IMG/VR virus record: IMGVR_UViG_3300035180_002250
Span: 67,685 to 131,684 of that record
Length of the DNA: 64,000 nucleotides
DNA from: a virus
Strand: one strand, 5' to 3'
Position numbers and translations under genes: made by a program. Below the pieces are notes generated by a model. The model did no database searches and was not told where the DNA came from. It saw nothing but the letters and a program-made list of their open reading frames with translations. Positions 9,637-18,492 of the stretch are shown one piece after another; within the stretch, counting starts at the first letter, position 1, and each line of letters opens with the position of its first letter.

Positions 9637-10578
9637 ATGGGAGATTTAATACCTGGACTTGAGCAAAACTATAAAATAGTGTCCAATAAGGAATGGATAG
9701 AAAAAACATATCCTGAAATAGTTATTTTGAATAATCAGATTCCAGGTATTCTCCCTTTATCATTTTCCAAGATAATGGCCGGGCTAACATGCCCGGCAAA
9801 ATTCAAAAACAGATACCTTGAAAAAATAAAATTGAGTGATGAAAAACTTCGAATCGTACCACCTACTAAGGTTTCAGGAGTAGCTATAGGTAATTTTCTA
9901 CATAAGGTAATGGAATGCTGCGTTGAAAAATGCAACCTGTACGGGTGGACAAAGGAAATCCTGGATTTTGACCTGGTGTGGACACAAGTAAGTAGATCAG
10001 CGGGATTAACATTGGGGGAGTATAACTTTGTACAAGAGGTCCGAAATGAGACAGAGCAACTAATTAATCAAATTGCCATGCTGAGAAAAAAATTAAACCT
10101 GACTTACTACCCGGAATGTCGATGTGAGGTGAATACATCCGGAGCAATGTACGGGTCTGTTGTTCGCAATAAAAAATTGCTGACGATGAAAGTGGACTTA
10201 TTCGGTGTGAATCAAGAAGATAAATCAGGTATCCTGATTGACTATAAATCTTACGCCAATGGAGCGCATGACGAATCGGAAACGATAAAACAACTTCAGT
10301 TCTATGGTGTACACCTGCTGGACTTCTTCAAAATTAATACAATTAAAATTGGTATTGGGTATATACCCAGTGGAAAATTTGAAAAAATTGGAACAATCCA
10401 GCGTGCTGAGGCTTCACAATATCACAATATAGTTTCTGAACTATACGCGGATTTTCTGGAGGTAATATACAGTGGTAACTACCCATATAAAGTAAACGAG
10501 TACTGTAAATACTGTGACCTAATTGAATACTGTCCTGAAATAGACGAAAAAACTATAAAAAAACTGTGCAACAGTTAA
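9637..10578 (+). CDS. Second Cas4/RecB-like PD-(D/E)XK exonuclease
   Basis: LSFSKI..TCPAKF, GNFLH, KVDL..DYKS, QLQFY, CKYC..C. Confidence 0.8.
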   Translation: MGDLIPGLEQNYKIVSNKEWIEKTYPEIVILNNQIPGILPLSFSKIMAGLTCPAKFKNRYLEKIKLSDEKLRIVPPTKVSGVAIGNFLHKVMECCVEKCNLYGWTKEILDFDLVWTQVSRSAGLTLGEYNFVQEVRNETEQLINQIAMLRKKLNLTYYPECRCEVNTSGAMYGSVVRNKKLLTMKVDLFGVNQEDKSGILIDYKSYANGAHDESETIKQLQFYGVHLLDFFKINTIKIGIGYIPSGKFEKIGTIQRAEASQYHNIVSELYADFLEVIYSGNYPYKVNEYCKYCDLIEYCPEIDEKTIKKLCNS

Positions 10579-10586
10579 ATAAAAAT

Positions 10587-10655
10587 CCGCTGTTACTTTA
10601 ATATATTTAAAACTTAATAATAATATTAAAGTAGCAGCGGCTTTTTATTTTTTAA
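10587..10655 (+). terminator. Terminator-like long hairpin
   Basis: CCGCTGTTACTTTAATAT / ATATTAAAGTAGCAGCGG followed by a T-run. Confidence 0.65.
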
Positions 10656-10702
10656 TTTAATAACTACAATAAATAAAAATAAATTAAGGGAGGCCCCTTT
10701 CT

Positions 10703-13700
10703 ATGGGTGGACGTAGAAAAAAGAGCACAGATGCCTCCACAGGCGTTCTGAAGGGTATATCTGACATCAAGAAGCTATGGAAGTCGATACCCCCTGGAGA
10801 ATGGTATACACTCCTTGTGGACATTGCGCCACAGTACAAATGGTCAATGCACGGGCAGACTCAAATAAAAGGTTTATGCCCGTATCACGATGATACTGAA
10901 CCTTCTTTCTTCCTATCCTTCAACAAGTGCATAGGGAAGTGTTTTGGTAGTTGTGAAAAAGTTGTAATCGACTTGGTCAACTTTGTAGCCAAGCTTCGGC
11001 AGTGCTCATATACTGAATCATTGATGTTCCTGAATTCACGATTCAATCTGAGCATGATACTCGGTGAAAAGATCACTAACAACCTATCAGAATACAACCT
11101 TGTTCAGGAGATGAAAAAAGCCACCGCCATCGCCATGAACAAAGTAATATCCGAGGTTATCCGTGATAACCCTGAATACCTTGGGTATTGCAGACCAGCA
11201 ATCATGTACTTCGTTAAGGGGCGTGGCCTGCCGGTGGACACGTTGATCCACCTGCCTATAGGTGTTTTTGCAAAGCCTGAACACTTAAAAAAGTACATTG
11301 AAGATGAAAGTCTCCATCCAATATTTGATAAATACTTTCAGGAGTACTCCAATCAAGCATACTGGGGGTGCCCTGTATTCTGGTACAACGATTCACCAGG
11401 GACAATAAGCCGATTTAAGATTCGTAAGTTGAACATGGAAGTTGTAGCGAAGATTAAATCAGATTCTCCTAAAGAAGTCTTCCGCAATCTATGTGAAAAA
11501 GATTTCGTGTACTTGAAAGACCAATATACCGAAAGCATGGGTGTATATGGTCTGCATTATTACAGAAGACTGATTGGGCGCAACGATACGAATGTTTATG
11601 TAACTGAGGGAGAATTTGATGCACTAGCAGTGATGGCCGGGCAACTGATGGCTGATAATTTCGATTATATGATTATCAGTACAGGGGGTAAAGGTAGCCC
11701 GGACCTTGGGTTTCTTACAGAATATGGTATTAAAACCATCTGGGTTGTACCAGATCACCCGGTTAAAAATGGAGACTTCTACACCCGTGGAATCCTGGGG
11801 AATAAGAACAACATTGAAAAAGTACTCAGTAAAAGTCTTAATTTTAAAATATACACATGGCCAGCAGGTATCCAGGGATTTGACCTCGATGAAGCCATCC
11901 ATCTTAACGGGTATCAGATTATATCAGATTATATCTTCACCAATAGACTGAGTTATTTTATCAATAGTTTTCCATGGGCGAATCTGAGATGTTCACAAGA
12001 ACTATCAACTGTAAAAAGCGAATATGATTATAAAATCGCCATGTTAAACGAGAACTCCGAAACATACGGGGTTGAATATGCTAACTTGGAGGATGACAAA
12101 AGGAAAAAGATAAAAGAAGTCATACTATCTTGGTACAAGTATGTAATTGATAGTACAGATAAACAACTCTTTATCAACGCATACATCAAATCTGAAAATA
12201 TTGAATTTGATAAGGTGGACTATGTAAATACAACAATGTACGCCCTGGATACCTACCAGGGTGTAGCCAAAAAGATATATGAAGAAGTTCGAAAGTTCTT
12301 TGCACCAGCCTATAAAAAAGCAAAGACTGGTGCAGGAGAAATTTATTGTTTGTGGGCTAAGAAAGATAGAGTTATAGTTGAAGTAAATGGTACAGAAAAA
12401 AACACGTATGAACTGATAGCAGGATATGCAGGAATGCCAATCACGGATTGGTTTGATAGTTTATTGGGGGAAAACGAGATTTACCTGAGTGGGGCATCTG
12501 GTAAAACGTTGGATGACGAGCGTACTAGAAGACGTAATGCCAAAGACATTATGACATACGTATGGGAATTGATGCTCCCGGAAATGAGAAATGTAAAAGA
12601 CTTGTTCAAGGTTTCCCAGGGAATACATCATTATCGTCTGCCTGCGGAAGTAAAAAATCAGAACATTATTTACTTTGTAAATGGTAAATACGTGTTCAAA
12701 GGACGGTATATTGATATTGGTAACATCGAATGGTCGGTAGTAGATAATGCAGTCGATAATAATATTCTATTTGATAAGTTGACCAACGTGGATCAATGGT
12801 CTGATGTTACTGATATTTCTGTTTTAAACGATGCGCCCCAAGTAGACCTCCGTGAAACGTATTTTAAGATCAGAAGTATCCTTGATCAATGGGAATTCAA
12901 ATACGACACCATCATCAAGGATTATCTGGCAGCATATATCATGTCAATACCGATCATGGCTGCCATAGGAGATGTAAACATCACATTCGTAACAGGTGAT
13001 GCTGAATCGGGGAAAACATCTCTAATTTATGGATTGCTTGGAGGGAAGTATAACAATGCTGGCAGTATCCCACCAATACTTGAGGCTGCTTACGCAAGTA
13101 CAGACTCAACGGCTGCAGCGATGTACCAAGAGTTCGATTGTAAAACTATACTGTGCGTTCTGGATGAAATCGACCAAAATGAATACCGAAGTAAACAACA
13201 GAGTGATCGTATTTCTGAATTGATGAAGCACATGTACTCCATCCCGATGGGTGGGTGTACTGTAGTACGCGGTGGATCGATACGGGAACTCAGTGAAACT
13301 TATTATCTGAATATGCCCATTATTATGGCAGGTACCACAGTACCTACAGACTCAATTTTCCTGTCCAGAATATTCGTAGTGTACACCAAGAAAGTACCTG
13401 GTAAAAAACTCGATTACAATATCACGATGAGTGAAATAGTCAAGCTAAGAAGGGATATTACAATCGGGCTGATCCCCTATATTCCTCAACTATTGTTTCT
13501 ACGTAAAAAGTTATCAAAGGATTTAATGAAGGCTGGTGGGGACATTGCCACATTGTCCACACGTTTTTTGGAGTGCGTTTTAACACCTCTAACCATTTAC
13601 GAGTACATTGGAATCGGGTCCGCTGAGGAACTGTATAAAGATGTACTCTCTTGTTACAAAGACCGATTGAACTCAATCCATGGGACTGAAACACAGTCCG

Positions 13701-14272
13701 ATTTAATCAATATTTGTCTATATGCAGAAGGAATTAAAATACTGAATGAGGCTGGTATAACAGATAATGTCTCAGCTAGATCACTGATATTATCTGGTGA
13801 TGTATCCATATTGAATAATTCAAAATGCGGGGTGTACTACCTACCTGAAAAGAGTTGGATAGTTATCGTATGGAGACAGGTAAAATATACCATACTAAAA
13901 TATTCAAGATTCAATTGCATCGAAGAAACGTCAATGTTCGAGCTGGCTACCAAAACACCGTTTACCAATAGAGATATAACAGATGAAGATCACAATTACA
14001 TCATCAGAGAACTGGGTCTTGCGGACGTAAAAGCCAAGACATCGTATTCCGTTGTAGATGTCAGGTATTTGGTGCGTGGTGACGTTATGTCAAAAGTACC
14101 TACTACACAAAAAACAACTTCATACGTTACTTGTACCCCTGATAACGAAAACCAACAGAACAAACCAAGCAACGTGAAGGAGTACTACAACGTTATTGTA
14201 GAAGACGATAGTTTTAAAAATAAAAAAGATAATGATGATGATAATGAGGTTATATTTGATTTTGAACTTTAG
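10703..14272 (+). CDS. DNA primase-helicase (CHC2 Zn finger, TOPRIM, P-loop NTPase)
   Basis: CPYHDDTEPSF..CFGSC; VYVTEGEFDA; GDAESGKT Walker A; VLDEID Walker B. Confidence 0.85.
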   Translation: MGGRRKKSTDASTGVLKGISDIKKLWKSIPPGEWYTLLVDIAPQYKWSMHGQTQIKGLCPYHDDTEPSFFLSFNKCIGKCFGSCEKVVIDLVNFVAKLRQCSYTESLMFLNSRFNLSMILGEKITNNLSEYNLVQEMKKATAIAMNKVISEVIRDNPEYLGYCRPAIMYFVKGRGLPVDTLIHLPIGVFAKPEHLKKYIEDESLHPIFDKYFQEYSNQAYWGCPVFWYNDSPGTISRFKIRKLNMEVVAKIKSDSPKEVFRNLCEKDFVYLKDQYTESMGVYGLHYYRRLIGRNDTNVYVTEGEFDALAVMAGQLMADNFDYMIISTGGKGSPDLGFLTEYGIKTIWVVPDHPVKNGDFYTRGILGNKNNIEKVLSKSLNFKIYTWPAGIQGFDLDEAIHLNGYQIISDYIFTNRLSYFINSFPWANLRCSQELSTVKSEYDYKIAMLNENSETYGVEYANLEDDKRKKIKEVILSWYKYVIDSTDKQLFINAYIKSENIEFDKVDYVNTTMYALDTYQGVAKKIYEEVRKFFAPAYKKAKTGAGEIYCLWAKKDRVIVEVNGTEKNTYELIAGYAGMPITDWFDSLLGENEIYLSGASGKTLDDERTRRRNAKDIMTYVWELMLPEMRNVKDLFKVSQGIHHYRLPAEVKNQNIIYFVNGKYVFKGRYIDIGNIEWSVVDNAVDNNILFDKLTNVDQWSDVTDISVLNDAPQVDLRETYFKIRSILDQWEFKYDTIIKDYLAAYIMSIPIMAAIGDVNITFVTGDAESGKTSLIYGLLGGKYNNAGSIPPILEAAYASTDSTAAAMYQEFDCKTILCVLDEIDQNEYRSKQQSDRISELMKHMYSIPMGGCTVVRGGSIRELSETYYLNMPIIMAGTTVPTDSIFLSRIFVVYTKKVPGKKLDYNITMSEIVKLRRDITIGLIPYIPQLLFLRKKLSKDLMKAGGDIATLSTRFLECVLTPLTIYEYIGIGSAEELYKDVLSCYKDRLNSIHGTETQSDLINICLYAEGIKILNEAGITDNVSARSLILSGDVSILNNSKCGVYYLPEKSWIVIVWRQVKYTILKYSRFNCIEETSMFELATKTPFTNRDITDEDHNYIIRELGLADVKAKTSYSVVDVRYLVRGDVMSKVPTTQKTTSYVTCTPDNENQQNKPSNVKEYYNVIVEDDSFKNKKDNDDDNEVIFDFEL

Positions 14273-14296
14273 TGGAAAAAGAAAAGGACTAACATT

Positions 14297-17251
14297 ATGC
14301 TAACCAAAGAATCAAACTCAGACTCCCAACCAGTAAAAGGAGATAATTTATACAAATTGATGCAGAAAGATATTACAACAAAGCATGTATTCTGCAAGAA
14401 ATGCCCATTGTTCGAATCTGGAGAATACTTTCGAGATAATCCGTTAACTGAGTGTGACATTCTTGTAGTAGGCAAATTCCCGAATAAATATGTATTGCAG
14501 CACGGAGCTTTCTCGGACTCATTCGGGCGTATGGTATCCTCCATAATTCAAGAGTATTTAGGTACACTACCTATGCAACAACGCCCGAAAGTGGTCTACA
14601 CATACGCAGTAAGATGCACTACACAAGATCAGAATTATAAACCTAACACACTGGTATATGAACAATGCAACGCCCTTTTGACTGATATTATCGATAGAAC
14701 AAAACCAAAAATGGTTATTGCCCTGGGTATGGAGGTATTCAAATCAGTAGGAATAAAAACACAGCAGAAGTTCCAGCAATTACGTGGACGGAAAATAACA
14801 GTGACTTCTGAGTCGAATAGTCCCAGACAGTTCGATGTTCTACCGACATACGGGTCTGAAACCATATTCAAACAACCTGGGCTGGTAGATACTTTCAAGA
14901 AGGATATCGAGGTAGCCATAAACAGTGCAATTGGTGCAACCGATGATAGTGAAATCCACATCAATACTGTTTTCTCCGTGGATGGTATTTTAAATGAGTT
15001 AAACAAACTTCTTGATACTCTAAATATGGCTACATCTAGTGTTGGTGTAGCTGTTGATACAGAAACCACTTCTTTAGAACCACATGACCCATCCAGTAGG
15101 ATGATCATGATATCCATGTGCTGGGAAGAGTCTACAGGACTCGCTTTTCCTTATGAGCATGTTCAAGGTAAGTTTTCACAAGAAGAACTATCTGTAATTA
15201 ATGAAAAGTTGAATGAAATTTTCACCCATCCGAATATTTCCATATTCGGGCAAAATATCAAATTTGATGGTAAATGGCTCAAACACAAATACGGTCTGAA
15301 GTTTCCTGATCCTAAAGTAGATGTAATGTTAGTTGAACACTTATTGGACGAGGATAAAAAAGGACTGTATGACCTAAAAAGTTTGGTGCTACAATATTTC
15401 CCGAAATATGGGAGATATGAAACAGAGTTAAAAACAATTTTAAGTAATTTGGACAAAAAGAAAAAGGATGAATACCACAAAAAATTAGATATTTATTATA
15501 AAAAATACAAAGAGAGTGTGATGGATTTTCTGTATTCACATTACTCAGATGACGAGCTTTCCAGCCTGATTAAAACGTGGGTTGAAAGCTCTTTGATCAC
15601 CATAACCGACTCCAAAAAGTTATGGCCTCCACAACGGAGTAGATCAACAAACAGATTGTTAAAATCATTTGAGACGAAAGCATTCTCTGTAATCAAGCGT
15701 ATCCCGAATGAAGTACTTCCAGTGGCACCGGATGTTGTACCACCAGAACTTCCGAAACAGACGACGTATGAAGAAGTTCCCATTGGCATCCTATCCAAAT
15801 ATGCAGCAATGGATGCGGTAATAACATATAAAATACTGAAAAAGCAGAAAGAAGGAATCAAAAAGGACTGGGACCGAATCAAAGAGATTGAGAGGGAGAA
15901 TCAAATAAAGAACCCAAACTTCGTTATACCAACAAAACCACTGACGTTTGCTCTGAGTAAAATTATTATGCCAATGTCAGCCATTATATCAGAAATGGAA
16001 TACTACGGAGTAAAGATAGATCGTAGTCGAACCATGGAGTATATTACTAAACTATCCGATACAATCTCCGATCTGCGTCAGTCTATGTTACAAGAAGTTG
16101 GGCATGCATTTAACGTGGATAGCCCAAGGGATTTACAAACTATTTTATACTCTGAATTGAAATACGATATCCCATCTTATACAGAGAAAGGTTCTCCCTG
16201 TACAGATGCTACAACGTTGAAAGCATTAGCGGAAGCAAAAGATAGTACATTTCTGAATCAGTTGTTAATTTATCGTAAGTTGGTTAAGTGTAAAACAACC
16301 TATCTGGAGAACTGGCTGAAAATGTCCGAAATGGATGGAAATATACATACCAGTTTCAACTTGCATGGAACAGCCACTGGGAGGTTGAGCAGCTCAAGCC
16401 CGAATCTTCAGAATGTACCATTTTATTTAAAAGAGGCAGATTTAAATTTAAAAGACATTTTTATACCGGATAGTGAAGACTTCGATTTATATGACTTAGA
16501 TATATCCAATGCGGAAATGCGGGTGCTGTGTGCATATTCCAAGGATGAGGCTCTCTGTGATGCATTTATTAATGGGAAAGACCTACATTGTTTAACTGGG
16601 GCAGGTATATCAAATTTCAGTTATGAACAACTAAAGGAGAGAAAAGAAGACAAGAGCACTGAGGAATACCGTATTCGGCAGGTAGCTAAAAAGGTTAATT
16701 TCGGTACGGTATATGGAATAAGCGCTAAAGCACTCTCCAGACAGTTATGGGAAGAAATGAGAATAAACTACTCTGAAGAAGAGACAGAGAAGTTTCTAAA
16801 TCTTTATTTTCGACGGTATCCAAGGGTGAAACAGTACATCGATTCAACGATGGCATTTACCCAGCGGTATGGATTTACACATACTTTTATGGGGAGAAGA
16901 AGAAGATTCGGAATCTCCCAGTATAGAAGTAAATTGAATATTAACCTAAACCGAATTCTTCGACAATCTATTAATACACGGATTCAATCGACGAGTTCGG
17001 ACTTGGTGCTAACAAATATTATCAACCTGCACACATGGGCGAAAAAGTTGGGTGGAAGATGTCTACTGACAGTACACGACTCCATTGTATTTCAATTACC
17101 AAAAGAAGTCAGAAACAGAAATATCAAGGAAGAATTGGACCAAATTATTAAATACAAAACAAATAATGAGTTCACTTGGCTTCCGGTTCCATGGGAATAC
17201 GATGTTGGAAGGGGGCCATCATATGGGCATGCAAAGGAACCAGTTACGTAG
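14297..17251 (+). CDS. Family A DNA polymerase with N-terminal UDG-like and 3'-5' exonuclease domains
   Basis: Exo DTETT, NIKFD, YAAMD; pol ATGRLSSSSPNLQNVP, DISNAEMR (A), RQVAKKVNFGTVYG (B), TVHDS (C); N-terminal CKKC..RC..C..IALG pattern like family-4 UDG. Confidence 0.92.
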   Translation: MLTKESNSDSQPVKGDNLYKLMQKDITTKHVFCKKCPLFESGEYFRDNPLTECDILVVGKFPNKYVLQHGAFSDSFGRMVSSIIQEYLGTLPMQQRPKVVYTYAVRCTTQDQNYKPNTLVYEQCNALLTDIIDRTKPKMVIALGMEVFKSVGIKTQQKFQQLRGRKITVTSESNSPRQFDVLPTYGSETIFKQPGLVDTFKKDIEVAINSAIGATDDSEIHINTVFSVDGILNELNKLLDTLNMATSSVGVAVDTETTSLEPHDPSSRMIMISMCWEESTGLAFPYEHVQGKFSQEELSVINEKLNEIFTHPNISIFGQNIKFDGKWLKHKYGLKFPDPKVDVMLVEHLLDEDKKGLYDLKSLVLQYFPKYGRYETELKTILSNLDKKKKDEYHKKLDIYYKKYKESVMDFLYSHYSDDELSSLIKTWVESSLITITDSKKLWPPQRSRSTNRLLKSFETKAFSVIKRIPNEVLPVAPDVVPPELPKQTTYEEVPIGILSKYAAMDAVITYKILKKQKEGIKKDWDRIKEIERENQIKNPNFVIPTKPLTFALSKIIMPMSAIISEMEYYGVKIDRSRTMEYITKLSDTISDLRQSMLQEVGHAFNVDSPRDLQTILYSELKYDIPSYTEKGSPCTDATTLKALAEAKDSTFLNQLLIYRKLVKCKTTYLENWLKMSEMDGNIHTSFNLHGTATGRLSSSSPNLQNVPFYLKEADLNLKDIFIPDSEDFDLYDLDISNAEMRVLCAYSKDEALCDAFINGKDLHCLTGAGISNFSYEQLKERKEDKSTEEYRIRQVAKKVNFGTVYGISAKALSRQLWEEMRINYSEEETEKFLNLYFRRYPRVKQYIDSTMAFTQRYGFTHTFMGRRRRFGISQYRSKLNINLNRILRQSINTRIQSTSSDLVLTNIINLHTWAKKLGGRCLLTVHDSIVFQLPKEVRNRNIKEELDQIIKYKTNNEFTWLPVPWEYDVGRGPSYGHAKEPVT

Positions 17252-17272
17252 TTAGAAAATTAAGGATTTTGC

Positions 17273-17281
17273 TGTTATAAG
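17273..17281 (+). promoter_or_regulatory. TGTTATAAG promoter motif upstream of the structured ncRNA array
   Basis: Predicted start 7-8 nt downstream coincides with the 5' arm of unit 1 (17289). Confidence 0.55.
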
Positions 17282-17288
17282 AAAATAG

Positions 17289-17522
17289 TTTCTACAGGTT
17301 TTTATCAAGTAATGAAGCTGGGCAAAGCCTGGCAATAAATTATTTACAACACCGGCCTCCAGGTCATCCGGACCGGTTGGCTAACCTCGGCGGTTGAGGA
17401 TGTCGGCCTTGCCGCCACCATCAACGCCTCGGTTATCCAACCGAGTCCTTGATGACCTTTCGGCCCAGTTGTAACAAAGAAGGGCCTTTACAAACCTGGT
17501 GCATGGTAAAACAAAGTAGAAA
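17289..17522 (+). ncRNA. Structured ncRNA unit 1 (retron msr/msd-like)
   Basis: Closing IR TTTCTAC/GTAGAAA; hairpin GCTGGGC-AAA-GCCTGGC (17317-17333); 131-nt imperfect hairpin 17344-17474. Confidence 0.65.
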
Positions 17523-17715
17523 AAACATAGATTATTTACAAAACTAGTAAAAGCTGGTCAAAGACCAGCAATATCTTACTGGACAATGAGTACGCCCTCT
17601 GGGGGAAAAATGTAGTTACACGGTTCGCTTCGCTGCACCGTTCCACTACATTTTCACCCCAGAGGCTCCCTCATTTCCTTCAATGTCTGAAGTATCCACA
17701 TACAAATCTATGTTT
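17523..17715 (+). ncRNA. Structured ncRNA unit 2 (retron msr/msd-like)
   Basis: 11-bp closing IR AAACATAGATT/AATCTATGTTT; hairpin GCTGGTC-AAA-GACCAGC (17553-17569); 91-nt hairpin 17585-17675 with apex GCTTCGC. Confidence 0.7.
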
Positions 17716-17727
17716 CACAAGCAGTTA

Positions 17728-17820
17728 CAAGCAGTGATTAGCGAAAATCAAGTTACACATAGTGTAACATAATAAAAGTTTTTTTATGGAAAAAAAGTAA
17801 GATAGGGGGTACACTGCTTG
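17728..17820 (+). ncRNA. Short or degenerate ncRNA unit 3
   Basis: 9-bp closing IR CAAGCAGTG/CACTGCTTG; hairpin GTTACAC-ATA-GTGTAAC (17752-17768) in a similar AA..ATA context. Confidence 0.45.
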
Positions 17821-17872
17821 ATGGAAAATCAGATGCTGTTCACATAGCCCAACAGAGGAAAGGGGCATAACA

Positions 17873-18118
17873 ATGCAACAAGGAGGAGAAAAATGTTCAA
17901 TCCCGATCACCAACTTACCTGATATTGAAATAGTACTGGAGGGGTGGAAGAAGTCAAATACCCCTATAGCAATCTATACAACGTCGGGTAGGGTGCTAAA
18001 CGGGGTAATCGGGGAGATTGCTTCGGGGTTTTTCGAGGTAATGAACCTGCGAGACAACTCCAAAGCAATTATAAATTTATCACAGATCGTCACGATCTGT
18101 GCGCAGAACACAAAGTAA
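17873..18118 (+). CDS. Hfq/Sm-like (LSm fold) small protein
   Basis: LEGWKKSNTPIAIYTTSGRVLNGVI aligns with Hfq [25 protein letters not shown]; Sm2-like IINLSQIVTI; strong GAGGAAAGGGG RBS. Confidence 0.65.
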   Translation: MQQGGEKCSIPITNLPDIEIVLEGWKKSNTPIAIYTTSGRVLNGVIGEIASGFFEVMNLRDNSKAIINLSQIVTICAQNTK

Positions 18119-18123
18119 AAATC

Positions 18124-18300
18124 GTTTTTTCTACCAAGCACTCAAAATAAAAGTATCCAGTTAAAGACTGGAATAAACACTTGAACACCCTTCGGGTCTT
18201 CCAAGTACCACTTACTAGATATCGACACAGGGGGACTTACATCTAGTAGAGCTGGTATAGATCCATGAAAGTAGTGCCGCATCTACACTTGGTGAAAAAC
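18124..18300 (+). ncRNA. Structured ncRNA unit 4
   Basis: Closing IR GTTTTTTC-T-ACCAAG/CTTGGT-GAAAAAC; hairpin TCCAGTT-AAA-GACTGGA (18156-18172); hairpin 18179-18206 with CCCTTCGGG apex; further stem TACTAGAT/ATCTAGTA. Confidence 0.6.
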
Positions 18301-18320
18301 ATTAAAAAATATATCAATAA

Positions 18321-18485
18321 ATTAATAACATAGCTTAGTTGAAAGTAGCCTGATAAAGTCGGGTACTAAAACAATGGGCACAAGCCTTCGGCTTGAGCCC
18401 AGAACTCCCAGCCATCAGTGCCAAACCCAAATCTGGGTCCCTACGCTAGCAGTTTAATAAAAGGCTAAAATACAATGTTATTAAT
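18321..18485 (+). ncRNA. Structured ncRNA unit 5
   Basis: 11-bp closing IR ATTAATAACAT/ATGTTATTAAT; hairpin GCCTGAT-AAA-GTCGGGT (18348-18364); hairpin TGGGC-A-CAAGCC-TTC-GGCTTG-A-GCCCA (18375-18401). Confidence 0.6.
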
Positions 18486-18492
18486 AAATCTA

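Noticed and set aside
3249-10578. Cas4 genes as part of a CRISPR-Cas locus
   Set aside because: Stand-alone Cas4-like nucleases are common in phage replication modules; no other cas genes or array
17289-18485. CRISPR array
   Set aside because: No identical direct repeats; period about 200 nt; conservation is structural; no cas1/cas2 in the window
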